Both the position numbers and the translations under genes were made by a program. The notes beneath the pieces were generated by a model that saw only the letters and a list, made by a program, of their open reading frames with translations, was not told where the DNA came from and did not search any database. Below, piece by piece: positions 1-13,500 of a DNA stretch of 45,372 nt (positions are counted from its first letter, which is position 1; each line of letters opens with the position of its first letter). Source of the stretch: Intoshia linei (Eukaryota; Animalia; Orthonectida); the NCBI GenBank assembly GCA_001642005.1, contig LWCA01000161.1:1-45372 (forward strand), in the 5' to 3' direction.

Positions 1-250
1 AAATGAGATCATATCACGAACTCAGTTAACAGATAATGACATAATCTATGACCTTGGGCTTATATCATTACTAAAACGGCAAAATAATAGTCGAACCCTA
101 AAATCTAGAGAAGAGTATGTTCGATATAAAATGAGAAAACAATATCGAATTAGCGGCGATTTTAGCATTTCATCTTGTTCTTCGTCGCCTTTTCATTATG
201 ATGGTAAAATATTTATAAAATTTAAGTTTTAATTTTTTTATTTAGATTAA
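1..250 (+). CDS. 3' end of an unidentified spliced gene (partial)
   Basis: An open frame runs from base 2 (NEIISRTQLTDNDIIYDLGLISLLKRQ...SSPFHYD) to a GT at 204. A 42-bp intron ends TTTAG at 245, and G|AT TAA then closes the frame. No family recognised. Confidence 0.5.
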
Positions 251-480
251 AATTTATCAAGGCATATATGCATCTAATTCTCCCTTAGCTCAACTGTATT
301 TTTACAGTTGTTACTATTTGATGTTGTATAAATATATCAGTATATTACTTTCTAATAAATTTTTTGTGTCCTACGTAGTTCAATCGTTTTATTTAATTTA
401 TTCATTAATTCGCAATTTATGTACTTATTCTTAACCATTCTTTGTTAACCCTCGTGCCAATATTTTTTTATATTGTAGAC

Positions 481-590
481 CCGGGGTGCACAACGTAAGG
501 TCGCATGCGGCCCAAGAGCGTTTATTTGCGGCCGTGGGTAATTTTCTCAAAATAGATTTAAACTTTTTCTGTCAAAGTAAATTTTAACAA
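481..590 (+). mobile_element. hAT-like non-autonomous element fragment (left end)
   Basis: Begins CCGGGGTGCACAAC. The terminus and the internal block TTCTCAAAATAGATTTAAACTTT..TGTCAAAGTAAATTTT recur in inverted orientation at 20505-20706 (CAGGGGTGCACAACCTGCGGCC). CAGGGG-type termini are typical of hAT elements. Confidence 0.6.
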
Positions 591-1149
591 AATAATAATA
601 AGTGCTAATAATTCACTTAAATTTAATTTTTAACATTTAAATTTAACTACAAAAATGCTTATTAACTTTTTATTTATTTTATATTGATAAATTTTGATTA
701 TAATCAAAATTTAATAGGTTGTTTGTAACATTATTTATCTTAAACGATTACTGTGATTTTATTCTACTATAAATAAATTTAATTCCATTTATCTCTACAT
801 AATGCAAGTCATCTTACTAATATCGACATAATTATGTTACATAGCATTTTATCCAGTGTATAATTAATAAATTTATTGTAACCATCCAAAATATAAAATC
901 AAAAAGTTGTTCTCAAATTAAAGCAAAAGTGATTTCATGATGCATACTCAGAATTAAGTTAATTATTAACGTATAACAAATTATTAACAATTTATACACA
1001 GAAATTCCGTAATTATATTTTACAATAAAATTAATTGTAATCCTCTGTATGTTACAAAAATTTGTTTAAAAGTATGTTATAAAAATAACTCCAATTTTTT
1101 TTGTCTCTGAGTTTATGTTTCTTAAAATAATATAGGAAAGGATACTATT

Positions 1150-1784
1150 TAATGCTCTGACTAATTTAATAGTTTCAGCGTCTAATTTAATATTTATAAT
1201 GCATAATTTAATTAATTTAACATTATTTAAAAAGTACTGTGGTCGTCTAATTTAATGCTTAAGCGTGTAATATAATTATTGTATATCTAACTTAATATTC
1301 GAAACGTTTGAATAAATTTATAAATTTCTGTGGATTATCACAAATCAACATTTCTCATAAGCCGTTTTTTTATGTATTAGCATTTTTAAGTAAATTTTGG
1401 AGTTATTATTATTGCAAAATTTAATTTAATAGTTACAACGTCTAATTAATTCCGCTTCTATAATTATAATTAGCATAATTTTTTCAATATGAGAAAATGT
1501 TTAAATTCTGTTTGGAAAATATATAGCTTTGCTAAGACAGTGATAAATTAACAGTTAATTCACAAAAATAAAAATATAAATGTTTTTAGTTATTTTAAAT
1601 TTATTTACAATAAAAATTCAGTTAATAGTTATTTGTAAATAAATTAAAAGTTAGTTTTATAAAAAATAACGTGTTTAAATAAAATAAATGCTACTTCTAT
1701 TAATTTAGACGCTAACATTATAACTATAGACACTGGTAAAATTAGACGCTGTAACTATTAAATTATATGTTGCAATAATAATAA
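1150..1784. repeat. Foldback/MITE-like element with ~45-bp inverted repeat and ~21-bp subrepeats
   Basis: 1403-1447 (TTATTATTATTGCAAAATTTAATTTAATAGTTACAACGTCTAATT) matches the reverse complement of 1740-1784 with few mismatches. The TCTAATTTAATAGTT(T/A)CAGCG unit also occurs near 1160, 1180 and 1245. Confidence 0.65.
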
Positions 1785-2384
1785 ATCTATAGGAAATTCC
1801 CAGATCGTCGTCACAAAAGTTTGTTTTTGGATTACTTTCCGCCAACATTTTTCGAAATAGTGGTTATATGTTCGAAAATAGAGTTTTAATGGATTCTTGA
1901 TATTATTTTATATTAATAATATTATTTATATATGAAATAAAAATAGTTTAATATATAAAAAATAGATTTAAAGTTTTGTAAAATAATATTTCCGCCTAGT
2001 TATTTCGGTAACTACGCATTATAAATATGTATAAATTTCAAATAATTTATTTATTACACACCTCTTCGCTTTCTGAAGAAAATTAATTAGATCGTCGAAA
2101 AAGTTGAAAAATGTGCTGTGTTATCACATGGCATTACAATTGAATATCATTTAAAATCTAATTACTAAGGCTTAGTAATTTATCCAAAAATTGCTTAAAA
2201 AATTATTGGGAAATTTATTGTGAAAATGCACACAAAAAAATCTGAGAATCAAATGTATGATAAAACACTAACTGGAAAAACCTGTAATAGAATTCATGAT
2301 TTTTAAAATTTTTTGAATGTATGATACCGGAAATCACCGACTTTCAGCTTTAAATGAATAAAGTATCAAATGTTAAATGTTTAG

Positions 2385-2856
2385 CGAACTTTTTAAATTG
2401 CTCTGTTTTATACATAAAGAGTTTAAAATATATTCAAATTATACGAATCCTAAGGTAATAAATATAATGTATATGACTATTTAGGATTTTACAAAATTGA
2501 ATAATGAAAAAAATAAAGAAATCATGCATACCTATGTTGAAAGCATTATTTATAAACTTATTCAATATTTAAAAAAACAAACTATCGTTAATGAATTTAC
2601 ATCACTAATAATAGTAATTTACTAATACTTTAAAATATAATTTTTTAGAAACATATTCCAGAGTCTTGCAAAATGTTGCTGACCAAAAAATTTCAAAATT
2701 TATCCACTGATAAACTAAAAGAGTACAGTCAAGTTGTGTTTGTTATTGTAATTTGTTAATTATAATAATTTATTAATGTATATATATTTTTTGTTATAGG
2801 TTGCTGAATTATTTGATTCATCTACCAATTGTTATATTGAAGAAAATAAATATTAA
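2385..2856 (+). CDS. Unidentified small spliced gene (3' exons)
   Basis: Four exons join in frame across GT-AG introns: 2385-2454, 2485-2586, 2649-2747 and 2800-2856 (ELFKLLCFIHKEF...|DFTKLNNEKNKEIMH...|KHIPESCKMLL...|VAELFDSSTNCYIEENKY*). The 5' end is unresolved. Confidence 0.5.
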
Positions 2857-3090
2857 TGTACATGTTAACAATCTTAAATTCAACTTTTAACACAATAATC
2901 TACATACCATTAGAATTATAAAATCGTTTCTAAAAAATTAGTTTTTGGAATCTGAACCTTTACAAACATTTCTGTATTTTAAATTAAGGTAAATAAAACA
3001 TTGTATAAACAAACTATAAAAAGTATACTGTATTTATCAATATTTGGTTTATATACATGTACAATAAATTCTCTATATTTTACATGTGAC

Positions 3091-5215
3091 ATGTTTTCTA
3101 TTTTTCTTTTTGCAATTTTTGTTTCTATACAATCCGACGATGTTGTTATTAAAGATTTTGAAACTACTAAAATAAATCTCTCCAATATTCTAGTAAACCG
3201 CAATTGACAATATTGGAAATTTGTACAGTGTGCTTTGGAATACCCATATCAAAGTCTACAGATTTGATAAGTCTTTAACTCTTTACGTAGAATATAAAGG
3301 TGCACGTATTAAATACAACAATAAATTAAGCTATTTTAAAATTATTCAAATATTGAATAATGGACTTAAAACTTTAATTTTTATTAAAAGGAAAGATGAA
3401 GGCATTATTTTGGAAACTAAATATCATGAGATTATTTATACTACTTTAAGATTATGTAAAGGTATTCTAATTGTAATTGCTAAAAAGAAGATTTATTACA
3501 TTAAGAAAGATGAGATACATGTATTTTCCGGAGTTCCTGTTGATAATGTTTAATTATATGCTTGCAAAGCTTTAATCATTAAGAGTGAAAGTAAAGTATA
3601 CATTTTAAATTTGGAAACTGGAAAATACTTGCTTGTTTTTAAATATTGTAGAAAGTTGCACAACAATTACATTATATCTATTGATATGTCACATGGATGT
3701 TATCTAAAAATTTTACATTTGTGAAAAAGATTACAATTTTATCAAATACCGTTAATGTTTATTACAAAAAATTTGATATTGTATGGAGCATGTTTTTGAA
3801 CAATAGGTTCATTTTAGCACCAAAGATATTTGTATTTATTCATATTTATTTTACGTCTGATCTATCTCATTTACCCTTAAATTAATTGTGGGAATTGATT
3901 AATTAGATAATTTCGCATAACTATTTCAATATAATATGATCGAACAGATAAATTAGCATTATTATAATCTAATTATTTGATTTTTTTTTAAAAATTCAAT
4001 TAAATCGAAATTTGGCTATTCTTAAAAAATTTCACAACATTACCCATTAAAAAGGTAGGCCTCATGATTCTAGTCCCGGGTAATTTGGCCCGCCTCTCCA
4101 AAGCCCTGGAGGTATGTAATATGTAGTAAAGTTTTAGTTGTATTTAGGACATCAACAGAGGAATTGGAAACATTTACATCTCTGATGTAGACTTTTTCAA
4201 ATTTAAAATGTTACCTTTAAAATTTAGAGAATCTGTAGTATTGTTTGATATGAGCAGTAAAATTAAAGAAGGTTTTGTGTTGTTATCAATAGATTACACA
4301 TTTTTCATTTCTTTCGATAATGGAGACACCTAGAAGTATATAAAGCCAACTATTCTTCCATTTAAACTAGCAAATTGTATTAGGCATGATAATATTGTGG
4401 AATTAAAAACGGGGACGAAGCCTACCCATTTTCATATATACTTTACTCTTGATAACGGGAAAACATGGAATAATCCTTTCAAGGAATACGTTATATGTGG
4501 ATTTTATACATCAGCGAAATATTACAAGTTAATTATTTATCTTGGTCACAATAAGCTGTTAGTTTCGGGTGATGAGAGACGTTCATGGTTTCAATTAAAA
4601 GACGATCGCACCGAAAATATTATTAAATATTTTAATTACTATATGGTGCATTATAGTCAAGATAAATTTTATTTGTTGGATATGTTTGATATGTCTACAA
4701 CCTCTTTTAAGGTATCCCGCACCATTGTGTAAAAATATATATGCTAAATATAAGAAAAAAACGGAACTTTAAAATTTTGTTTTGAAAAATTATGGAACGA
4801 TGTAACGAAACCAGTCAAACAATGTTTATTGGACAAGTACACTTGCAAAGTTGATGCAAATCGAAATATAGATACAGGATTGTGTGTTAAAAAAAATTAT
4901 TCTAATCACACTATTAACATTTGCATTGATGGAAAAATGTTGCCAATTGATAACAGAAATTATGATCCGATACATGTTTCAGAATATTATTCGACTCATT
5001 GCTTTTTAGATATATTAGACAATTTCATTAATCAACGAAATTTAACATGCCAGTTTGTTGAGCAGTATCTATACAAGATGAATAATCGGAACAAAAAAAG
5101 TATAAAACACATAGTCTTATTAATAGCTTTCTCCATTGTAATACTCATCTTGTGCGCTATCGGCTATTACATTTTTGTAAACTTTTATTTTATTCAATAT
5201 AAATATTTTCTATGA
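3091..5215 (+). pseudogene. Disrupted VPS10/sortilin-like type I membrane receptor
   Basis: Signal-peptide-like start MFSIFLFAIFVSIQS at 3091. Asp-box/BNR motifs lie in one frame from 4148 (GNIYISD, ISFDNGDT*, FTLDNGKTW, VSGDERRSW), followed by a Cys-rich segment (CLLDKYTCKVDANRNIDTGLCV) and a C-terminal transmembrane helix (IVLLIAFSIVILILCAIGYYIFV). In-frame stops occur at 4331 (W to TAG) and 4730, with more breaks upstream. Confidence 0.6.
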
Positions 5216-5299
5216 GTTTTTGTTTTTTATTCAAAATTTCAAGTATCGTTTATCTTTATATCAGGGCTTCCCAAATGTATAATGCAATTTTAAAATATT

Positions 5300-5875
5300 T
5301 TATTTTTTAAAAAAAGGGTAATTTGAGGTTTTGAGACTGTGAAGATCCAAATTTATAGGAATGAAATTTATTTTATTTTCTGAGGAGAACAAAATTTAGT
5401 TATAATTTTTTTTTAAATTTCTGGGACCGTCAGTTTTCTAAAAAAATAATTACTAAATGGGTACACCTGACTGACAACAACGTATTCAATAATTTGAGTT
5501 TTGTCTATGATAATGCGAATTTATGAGATTTTATTAGCCTTGAGAACTATTATTTTAATTTGTTTTTTTAAAATTTAGTGATTTTAGATTTTTTAAAAAA
5601 AGGGAATTTGGGGTTTTGACTGAAGATACAAATTTGTGGGAATGAAATTCATTTTATTTTCTGAGGAGAACAAAATTTACTTATAATTATTTTTTTTAAA
5701 TTTCTGGGACCGTCAGTTTTCTAAAAAATAATTACTAAATGGGTACATCTGACTGACAACAACATACTCAATAATTTAAATGTTGGTGGTAAAGATGCGA
5801 ATATACGAATGTAAAATTCATGAGACTGTATTAGCCTTGAATAACTGTTTTAGAATTTGTGTTTTTTAAATTTTT
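5300..5875. repeat. Tandem duplication (~283-bp period) of a dispersed repeat family
   Basis: CTGGGACCGTCAGTTTTCTAAAAAA..TACTAAATGGGTACA occurs at 5421 and 5704. The GGGTAATTTGAGGTTTT..GAAGAT motif is shared with the repeat at 32.5 and 33.5 kb. Confidence 0.85.
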
Positions 5876-6490
5876 GATAAACACACATTTATTTTATAAA
5901 AATAAATAAGAATTTAATTTTTTCGTAGCTAAAAACAACGTTACAACATACTAAATGGCGTTTTAGCTTAACTTGTGCATTATATATCCACATATTGATG
6001 ATATTTTAACTTGATTTAATAATTGAATAAAAATTTTTTTTTTTATTATTCAAATTACCTAATTAAATTAAATTAATTATAAAAATTCTTTCATACATTA
6101 TAAACAATAGTATATGCATTTAAGAAAAGATTTAAATTGGGTTAATTTACCAATTAATCATAAACCAGTATTCTCTAGTAAAATGTAAATCTTTGATTAA
6201 AATTATTTGTAAAATAATAGTTCATGCTTTATTCAGAATATACCCCTAAATTTTTAATAAATAAACGAATTTCAACTAAATTCAGACATAAATAACTTAC
6301 AAACATTAATTGATATTAAAGGCCACACATTTGCAAACAATCCAAACTTAATTAAATGTGTTGTTAAATTGGTTATATACATGAAATATCAAAAAAAGAT
6401 ATTTAGAACAAGTAATGCAGTTCATATTAACATGTGAATCATTTAACAAAAACTAATTGTTAATTTTGGTTTTTAAGTCAAAACTTACAA

Positions 6491-7394
6491 ATGACACTAC
6501 ATGAACCGAATTGCGTGGAAATCCACAATGCGCTATCCAAAGAAATTGATAATTTAGCGAAAACAGTCAATAAATTAATTGACGAAAATAATGCAAAATC
6601 AAAGACTACAAAAATTATAAAAAACAATTTGCAAAAATCGGGACTGCACGTGAGTCAATTACAAAAAGATAACGTCAATTTAAATGTTCAAGTTGAAGAA
6701 TTAAAAAAGATATTGGTATCCTATAAACATGTGATTTCAGAAACAAAAGAAAAATTAATAAACCAATCTTTTGAAATGTACCTAACGAGAGAAGGCTGTC
6801 ATGCATGGAAACAACATTTTAGTAACAAATCAAAAAAATTAAATGAAAGTAAAAAAAAAACAAACAATTATAAAACATTGCTAGAGTCAGCAACAACAAA
6901 TATTAAATATAAAGTATTATTAAATAAAGTGACAGATGAACTAAACGTAGAAAAATCTGAATCTAAACTACAAAAGGAAATTAACCAAAAATTTATTAAC
7001 GAAAATAAATGTTTAAAATATAAAATTTCATTGGACCGTGCAAAATTTAATAGCCAAATAATCTCTGTAAAAAAAATTTATCAAGAAAATAAAAGATTAC
7101 GCTCAATTATTTACAATTTACAATATTCCAAGTCAAAAAAAAATTTTCCGAATAATGTAAGTCTAATAGACTTTTATAGTCTATATTTTATTTATAATTT
7201 TTAAGAGTAACGAAATTGAACATTTGAAACAGCAATTGAAAACTTTCAAATTGGAATTAGCCAATAGGGAAGATAATTTTAATCAAAAATTTGTTCAGAA
7301 AACACCTATAATTCTTAGCAGGTCAAATTCGTTCACAAAGTATAGCAACCAAATTCCACGACTAAGTTCAAAGTGTAGATCAAGGGTAAATTAA
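6491..7394 (+). CDS. Coiled-coil protein, FAM184-like C-terminus
   Basis: ORF 6491-7156, a GTAAGT intron 7157-7205, then last exon 7206-7394 (SNEIEHLKQQLKTFKLELANREDNFNQKF...RVN*). KLELANREDNFNQKF resembles the conserved FAM184 motif QLELVNRETNFNKVF. Further 5' exons are possible. Confidence 0.55.
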
Positions 7395-7527
7395 AAATAT
7401 TCAAATTATATATAAACCAATATAGATAAAACTGGGTAATACAATTGCTATTGATATTGATACATTGAAATAAATCATTTAAAGAATTTAATTTAAAGGT
7501 TGTTAGAACATACAGGAATTAAAACTT

Positions 7528-10500
7528 TCAATTCTCATTTCTGGGTTCATTGTTAAGGCGCGCATCTGTCAATTTTTTAAGAGATCCATAATCCTTGCTA
7601 TATTCTTTTGTATTTGAATATTTCGAAATGGTGGAATGGTTCAAATAATTATTGGGATTTTCAATGTTTGCAGATGTGGTTGGTGTGGAGGATCCATTTA
7701 CATCGTCGGTAATAGCCATGCTGTCTTCACTTTCATTTGATTTTATGGTTAAATTAGATGAACGATAACTATTAAATCCTGATTTATTAATTCGAGAGTT
7801 TCTAAATTTTTAATAACTAAAAGGTTACAATAATTAACAATACCTCATTTTGTCTGCAAATGGAATCCCGTATGTTTTACGACGGTTTCGTAATGTTTCT
7901 ATTTCTCGCTGTAAAATGGAACATTTTTCCATATACTCGTCCAAATTGCGTTGGATTTTTCTGTTTTTATTACACTCTCGTGTGTATTCGTCGTAGTGTT
8001 CTTCCACTTTACGATTCAGGGTTCGGATTCTAGAATTTGATTTTTCCAACTAAAACAGGTTATTAATTTATATCGAATAGTACATTAGTGGACTTGGGAA
8101 ATTTTAGTGAAGATTAGAAATAAAAATAATACAAATTAGTTAACATTACATTATTCTTTAATACTTGAGGCTGGCTTTTCCCAAGTTTAATAGAATCATA
8201 AATTACATCAGTATTGATCCAATTGACAACCACTGTTAATTATATAAATCTCCACACGAGCTTGAACTTGGATTTTAAATTTGACTCACAAATTATATTA
8301 AAATATAATTATTGTAAATGCTCAACTTGGAAAAATCAAACCCTTATCCTTTACTTATATCAAATCGAATCTCTGTTACCATTTTATTCGAAAAATTTAA
8401 AAAAATCAAATTTCTATTACTCTTTTCCACAGGACGTGTTTATATCTATTTTTTCTGGTTTAAAACCAAATTTTCCTTTTGTTTAAAAAACAAATCAGTC
8501 CAAAAATGTAATAAAACACACATTCTAATTTTAAAAAAATTAACATTGTCGTAAATATCAGCCTCATAAACGCATACCTTCATGGTCAAAATCACAAATT
8601 AGCCTTTGTTTTAAAATGAAACATGTAAAAAAATTTCAAAATTTTATAAAAAATAAAATATATTATCATAAATGGCAACCTCAAAAAAGATTAATTTCAC
8701 GATCAAAACTTAAAATTACCTTTTTTTAAAAAAATTACAGATGAAAGTTATTTTCTGTTAATACACACAAAAATTTTCAATCTGACAAAGTGACTCCTTC
8801 CCGGTCAAAAAAGCACTTTAGTAGTCACTTTTTTCGAAACTATTTTATTAAAATTTAATAAGAAATATATAACGACCCTACAATTAAAAAAAGAGATTAT
8901 TCTAATTGACATAAATACAAAATTTCAACCAATAAATCTACGCATTCCTGTTATAAATTTTCTTATTAGATTTATTTTTTTTGGTAGAATAAAAATGTCT
9001 GCCTCTGCAGATCTAGTGCTGGTTCTACTTCCTATATAACAGTCAAACTAATTTTAAATAATATACATAGATGTATATTTTAATGATGTAAGCTCTCAAA
9101 ACCAGTTTAAAATGATACAGGTCTAATAATTGATTTAAATTAAAAACCTGATCTTGATAATTTTTAAGAGATCTTTGACTTTCTTCACATTGAACATTAA
9201 CGTCTTTCAATTTTCGTTCAAACCTTCTAGACATTTTTAAAGAAATTTGACGTTCTCGAGATTCAATTTCCAATTGCTCCTGAAAATTATTGCATTTCAC
9301 TTCTAGAGCTTCTACAACTAAACGAGATCTATTTTTGTTATTTTCCTCTTCCTCGATGAGAGAATTACGTAGCTCTTTATTTTTTCGCGTCAACATTAAA
9401 CAAGTTGCTTCAATTTCTTCAAATTTGGACCTTTCTCGATTCAAATCACTAACACTAATATCGTAGGCAGCATGTATTTTTTTATATGATTCTTCGATAG
9501 ATTCAAAACGCATATGTTCATCTTCCAATTCTTCTTCTAAATTAATGATTTCGTTTTTCATTCTTTTTTGTTCAGAAATTAAATTGGACTTTACCTCGCC
9601 AAAACCTTTCACGTCGTCCATTAATTCAGTGTTTTGTGCTTTAAGTGTTCTTCGTTCCTTATCTGATATTTCAAAGTATCTTTGAACATCTTGCAATTCA
9701 TTATCCAAAGATTCTATTCGTTTTTCCAATGACCCTACGTGTATATGGTAGTCGTCTTTTATAACAGTAGTATCATCCAACTCTTTTTGAACTTCCCGAA
9801 TGTAGCTATGATATTTTTTATTAATTTTGTTCAATTCTTCATTTTCTCGACACATTTGATCATATAAGCGAACCCTTTCTGATAAATCAGATTCTAATTT
9901 ACGTCGAATTCCGATAAAACTAGTTTGGTTAGTTTTTTCGTCATGCAACTGTGCTTCTAAATCTTTTAATTGCTTTTGGAGTTGCATACGTTGTTCGTCC
10001 ATTTGATTTCTAAGTTGGTTATGGTTTTTTTCATATTCAGATTTGATAGCAGCTTCATTGACGTCCATGCGCAGTTTGCAGTCTTCTAGGATTTGGATTT
10101 CATCTTCCATTTCTTCAATTTGCTGATTCTGGTCGTCAATTTGCATTTCCAAATTTTTCTTTAATTTTTCCAATTCATGATAATTTTTCCCGACATCATC
10201 TTTAGAAGAAATCATGTCATCCAACTCAGCCTGTAAGTTCATTCTAAGACGTTCAATTGCATTACACTTTTCATTTGATTCGTCAATTTCTCTCTGTAAA
10301 GTAATGCATTTAGTTTCGGAATCTCTGCACTGTCTCTCAATCAGATCCTTTTCGTTTACAATTTTTTCAGCAATTAATCTTTCATCTGCTAAATTTTGAT
10401 CAAATTTACGTTGTTTCTTATCCAATATAATGTTGGCAGACCTCTGTTCATCCAACTCTCGAACAATATCATCAAATTCACTTTGTGTCTTTTTTTTTGA

Positions 10501-13500
10501 TTTTGAGAGTCTATCAATTTCACTTTTGTCATTTTTAACTTCTTGTAAAAGTAATTCAACCTCCCGACCCAATTTTCTTTTTTGTTCGTTCAACTCCTTA
10601 ACTTTATCCTTAGATTCCGACAGAGAACAGTTTACATCGCTCATTTGACCTCGAATTTGAGCAAGTTTTAATTCAGAAGCTCCTTTTGAATCGTTGATTT
10701 CATCAAACTGAACCATTAAATTTTGTAACCGTTCGTCAGATGATTTTCTCGCCGATTCCGCAGATGATTTCAAACTGTTTAATTCTTCAATGTGCATTTC
10801 CAAATCACTCAATGTATTTAAAAGTTTAGAATTTTTTTTGTTCAGTTCAGTCAATTGTATATCATATTCTTCAATTTTCCCATCCTTTTCATCAATAGCC
10901 AATTTAAACCGGTTAATTTGAGAAATGTGATTTTCATTGCAAATTTTAATTTCATTGAGATTGTAAGTCAATTCATTAATTTGATATTCTAAATCTTTTT
11001 TACGTTTTTCATTTTCCGATTTCTCGGTGGCAAACTTTTTAATATTTGATTCCAGTTGATTTTTTTCACTATTTGAACTCATCAATTGTTTTTCACTTTG
11101 AATTAATTGTCGGTTAACCTTTTCTAAAGACGCCGATAATTCTTCCACTTTTTGGTTATACGTTTTTCTAAGTTCAAAAAGTTGTTCTTGGTGTTTTTTA
11201 TTTTCATCTTCTTGGTTTCGTTTTAAAATTACAACCTCTTGTTCTCTTTTTTGACGCAATTCATTTATTAAATGTTTATCTCCGACAGAATCCTCTAGTT
11301 CACTCTTGAGGGCTTCCAATTCTTCACCCAAATCTCGACGTACCTTTTCTGCTTTGACTCTATTGTCGCGTTCTGTGGATAAATCTTCTTTTAGTTCATT
11401 TATAGTAAATTCATTGTTTCTAATACATTTTTTAAGATCCTCTTTAACCACACACTCTTCTTCGCCTTTTTTGTACAAACATTCCAATTCTTCACGTTGA
11501 TTCGAAATGGTTTTCAAGTGATTTTCCAACTCTAAATATTTTTCTTTCAAGGTTTCACTTGAGTCGCCCAATTCATTCTCTAAACGACGTCGCTGCTTTT
11601 CCAATTCCGTTTTTAACTGTTCAGACCTTTTAAGTCTATCTGAAGTTTCAACGTTTTTTTCGTCAATTCTACATTTCTCGCGTTGCATGTGTTTTATACT
11701 TTCGTTCAAATTTTCAATGTGTTTTTGATATTCTTCCATTTTTTTTACATGTACAGATTTTTCTTTTGAGTGTTTTGATTGGTTGTTTTTTAAGATTTTA
11801 GATTCCTCCATGAGATCATTAAACTGGTTTTCTAAATTAATGTTAGTCAACTGCAGTTTCTGCTTATTTTGCTCTTCTTCCTCTAATTGTTCTTCCAAAT
11901 CTTGAATCACGCCCAAAAGTTTATCTTTTTCTGAAATTATTAATTCATATTTTTGATTGTCTTCCTCAATGCGACCCTCCATTTGAGATATGCATACTTC
12001 CAACTCATTTTTCTCAGAAGTAATTCTAGTCAACGCTTCTTCAACTTGTATGGTAAGTTGGGCATCTGCGTTCATTTGTTGCGACATTATTGTATTTTTA
12101 TCAACCAGTTTTTTGTGCGTTCGACGTAAATCATCTACTTCGTTAGACTGGAATTGAAACTTATCTGACACCCTGCGCAATTCATTTTCCGTTTCAATCA
12201 ACTTCTCTTCGTTATTTTTAATTTCAATTAATGGCCGAACCTTGGTGAAAAGTCTCCACCATTTCCAGTTTCTTAGACGGATATAAGCATTATAATTACG
12301 TTGTAATATACGGACGGCGTTTATTTGTTTCAAACGTTTAGTGTGCATTCTACGAGCCACATAACCTCGACAATAAGCCTGTAGTTTTGTAAAAATAACA
12401 CCTAAACGTAAATCCCGCTCTTCCTCCAAATTAGCTAAAATTCCAGCTCTAAAAAACAATTTACTTTGACCGACACGATACAAATTCTTATCCAATTCCA
12501 AAGCATTCAATATTAATTCACACGCTTGCTTACCATCCATAAAATCCGACGGTATAACACCAGGAGTAAGAATTTCATATCTTTGTTTAAATTCTTGAAA
12601 CAAAATACGATTTGGGAATCCTTGTCTACATATTCTGATTCCTTCCAAAACACCATTACACTTTAACTGATCTAGAACCAAAAGAGAGTCTATTTTACCG
12701 GGTTTTTTTAGATTGTTAGGAATAATGCACCTTAAAAAATTGGGTCTAGTTTTACCAAGAGTTTCCATTAAACTAATCAGTTGTTCCTTATACGATTGGC
12801 CCAAAGTTCTAAACATTCCTTTTCTAGTTCTGATGCCATACCCACCTGAAGAAAGTACAGTAATGTCAGTGTAAACTGAAATCCAAAGATGTTTGATAAA
12901 TTCATCCGAACTTTCTTGTAACAATGTGGCCATATTTTCATTGAGAGGGTCCATGTTTTTGGTCAACCAATCTTTACATGAATAGTCGACTTTCCCAGCA
13001 TAGTGAAGAATACTGAAATCTGCTTTATCTCTAAAATCCGGAACCTTAAATTTCGGGTGAGTTTTATGAGTCAAGATAATTTTATCTGCCAAGCTTTTGT
13101 CCGTTGCTTTCGGAAACCAGCATTGTTCGTTTATTAGGGTAAAAATTCCCATTTGTTTTTCTAGTAAATCTATTGTAGGTTGAAGGTCCAATCCAAAATC
13201 TATAAACTTCCATGTTATCCCTTCTCTCGAATATTCGTCCTGCTCTAGAATAAACATGGTATGATTAAATAATTGTTGAAGTCTCTCATTTGTATAATTT
13301 ATACATAATTGTTCAAAGGAATTTGATTTATAAATTTCAAAACCGGATATATCTAAAATGCCAATAAAGGAAGATGACGATCGAATAGATTTATCCAAAG
13401 TCTTGTTAATTTTAATCACAATCCATTTAAACATTTTTTCGTACAATGATTTAGAAATTGCTTCAGTTGTATACGCAGCTTGTTCCTTGGTTTGAGATTT

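Noticed and set aside
9043-9147. C-terminal tail of the 1723-aa ORF (VFNLNQLL...YLKLV)
   Set aside because: This is read-through into intron 4. Myosin homology resumes at 8049 after the GT donor at 9147.
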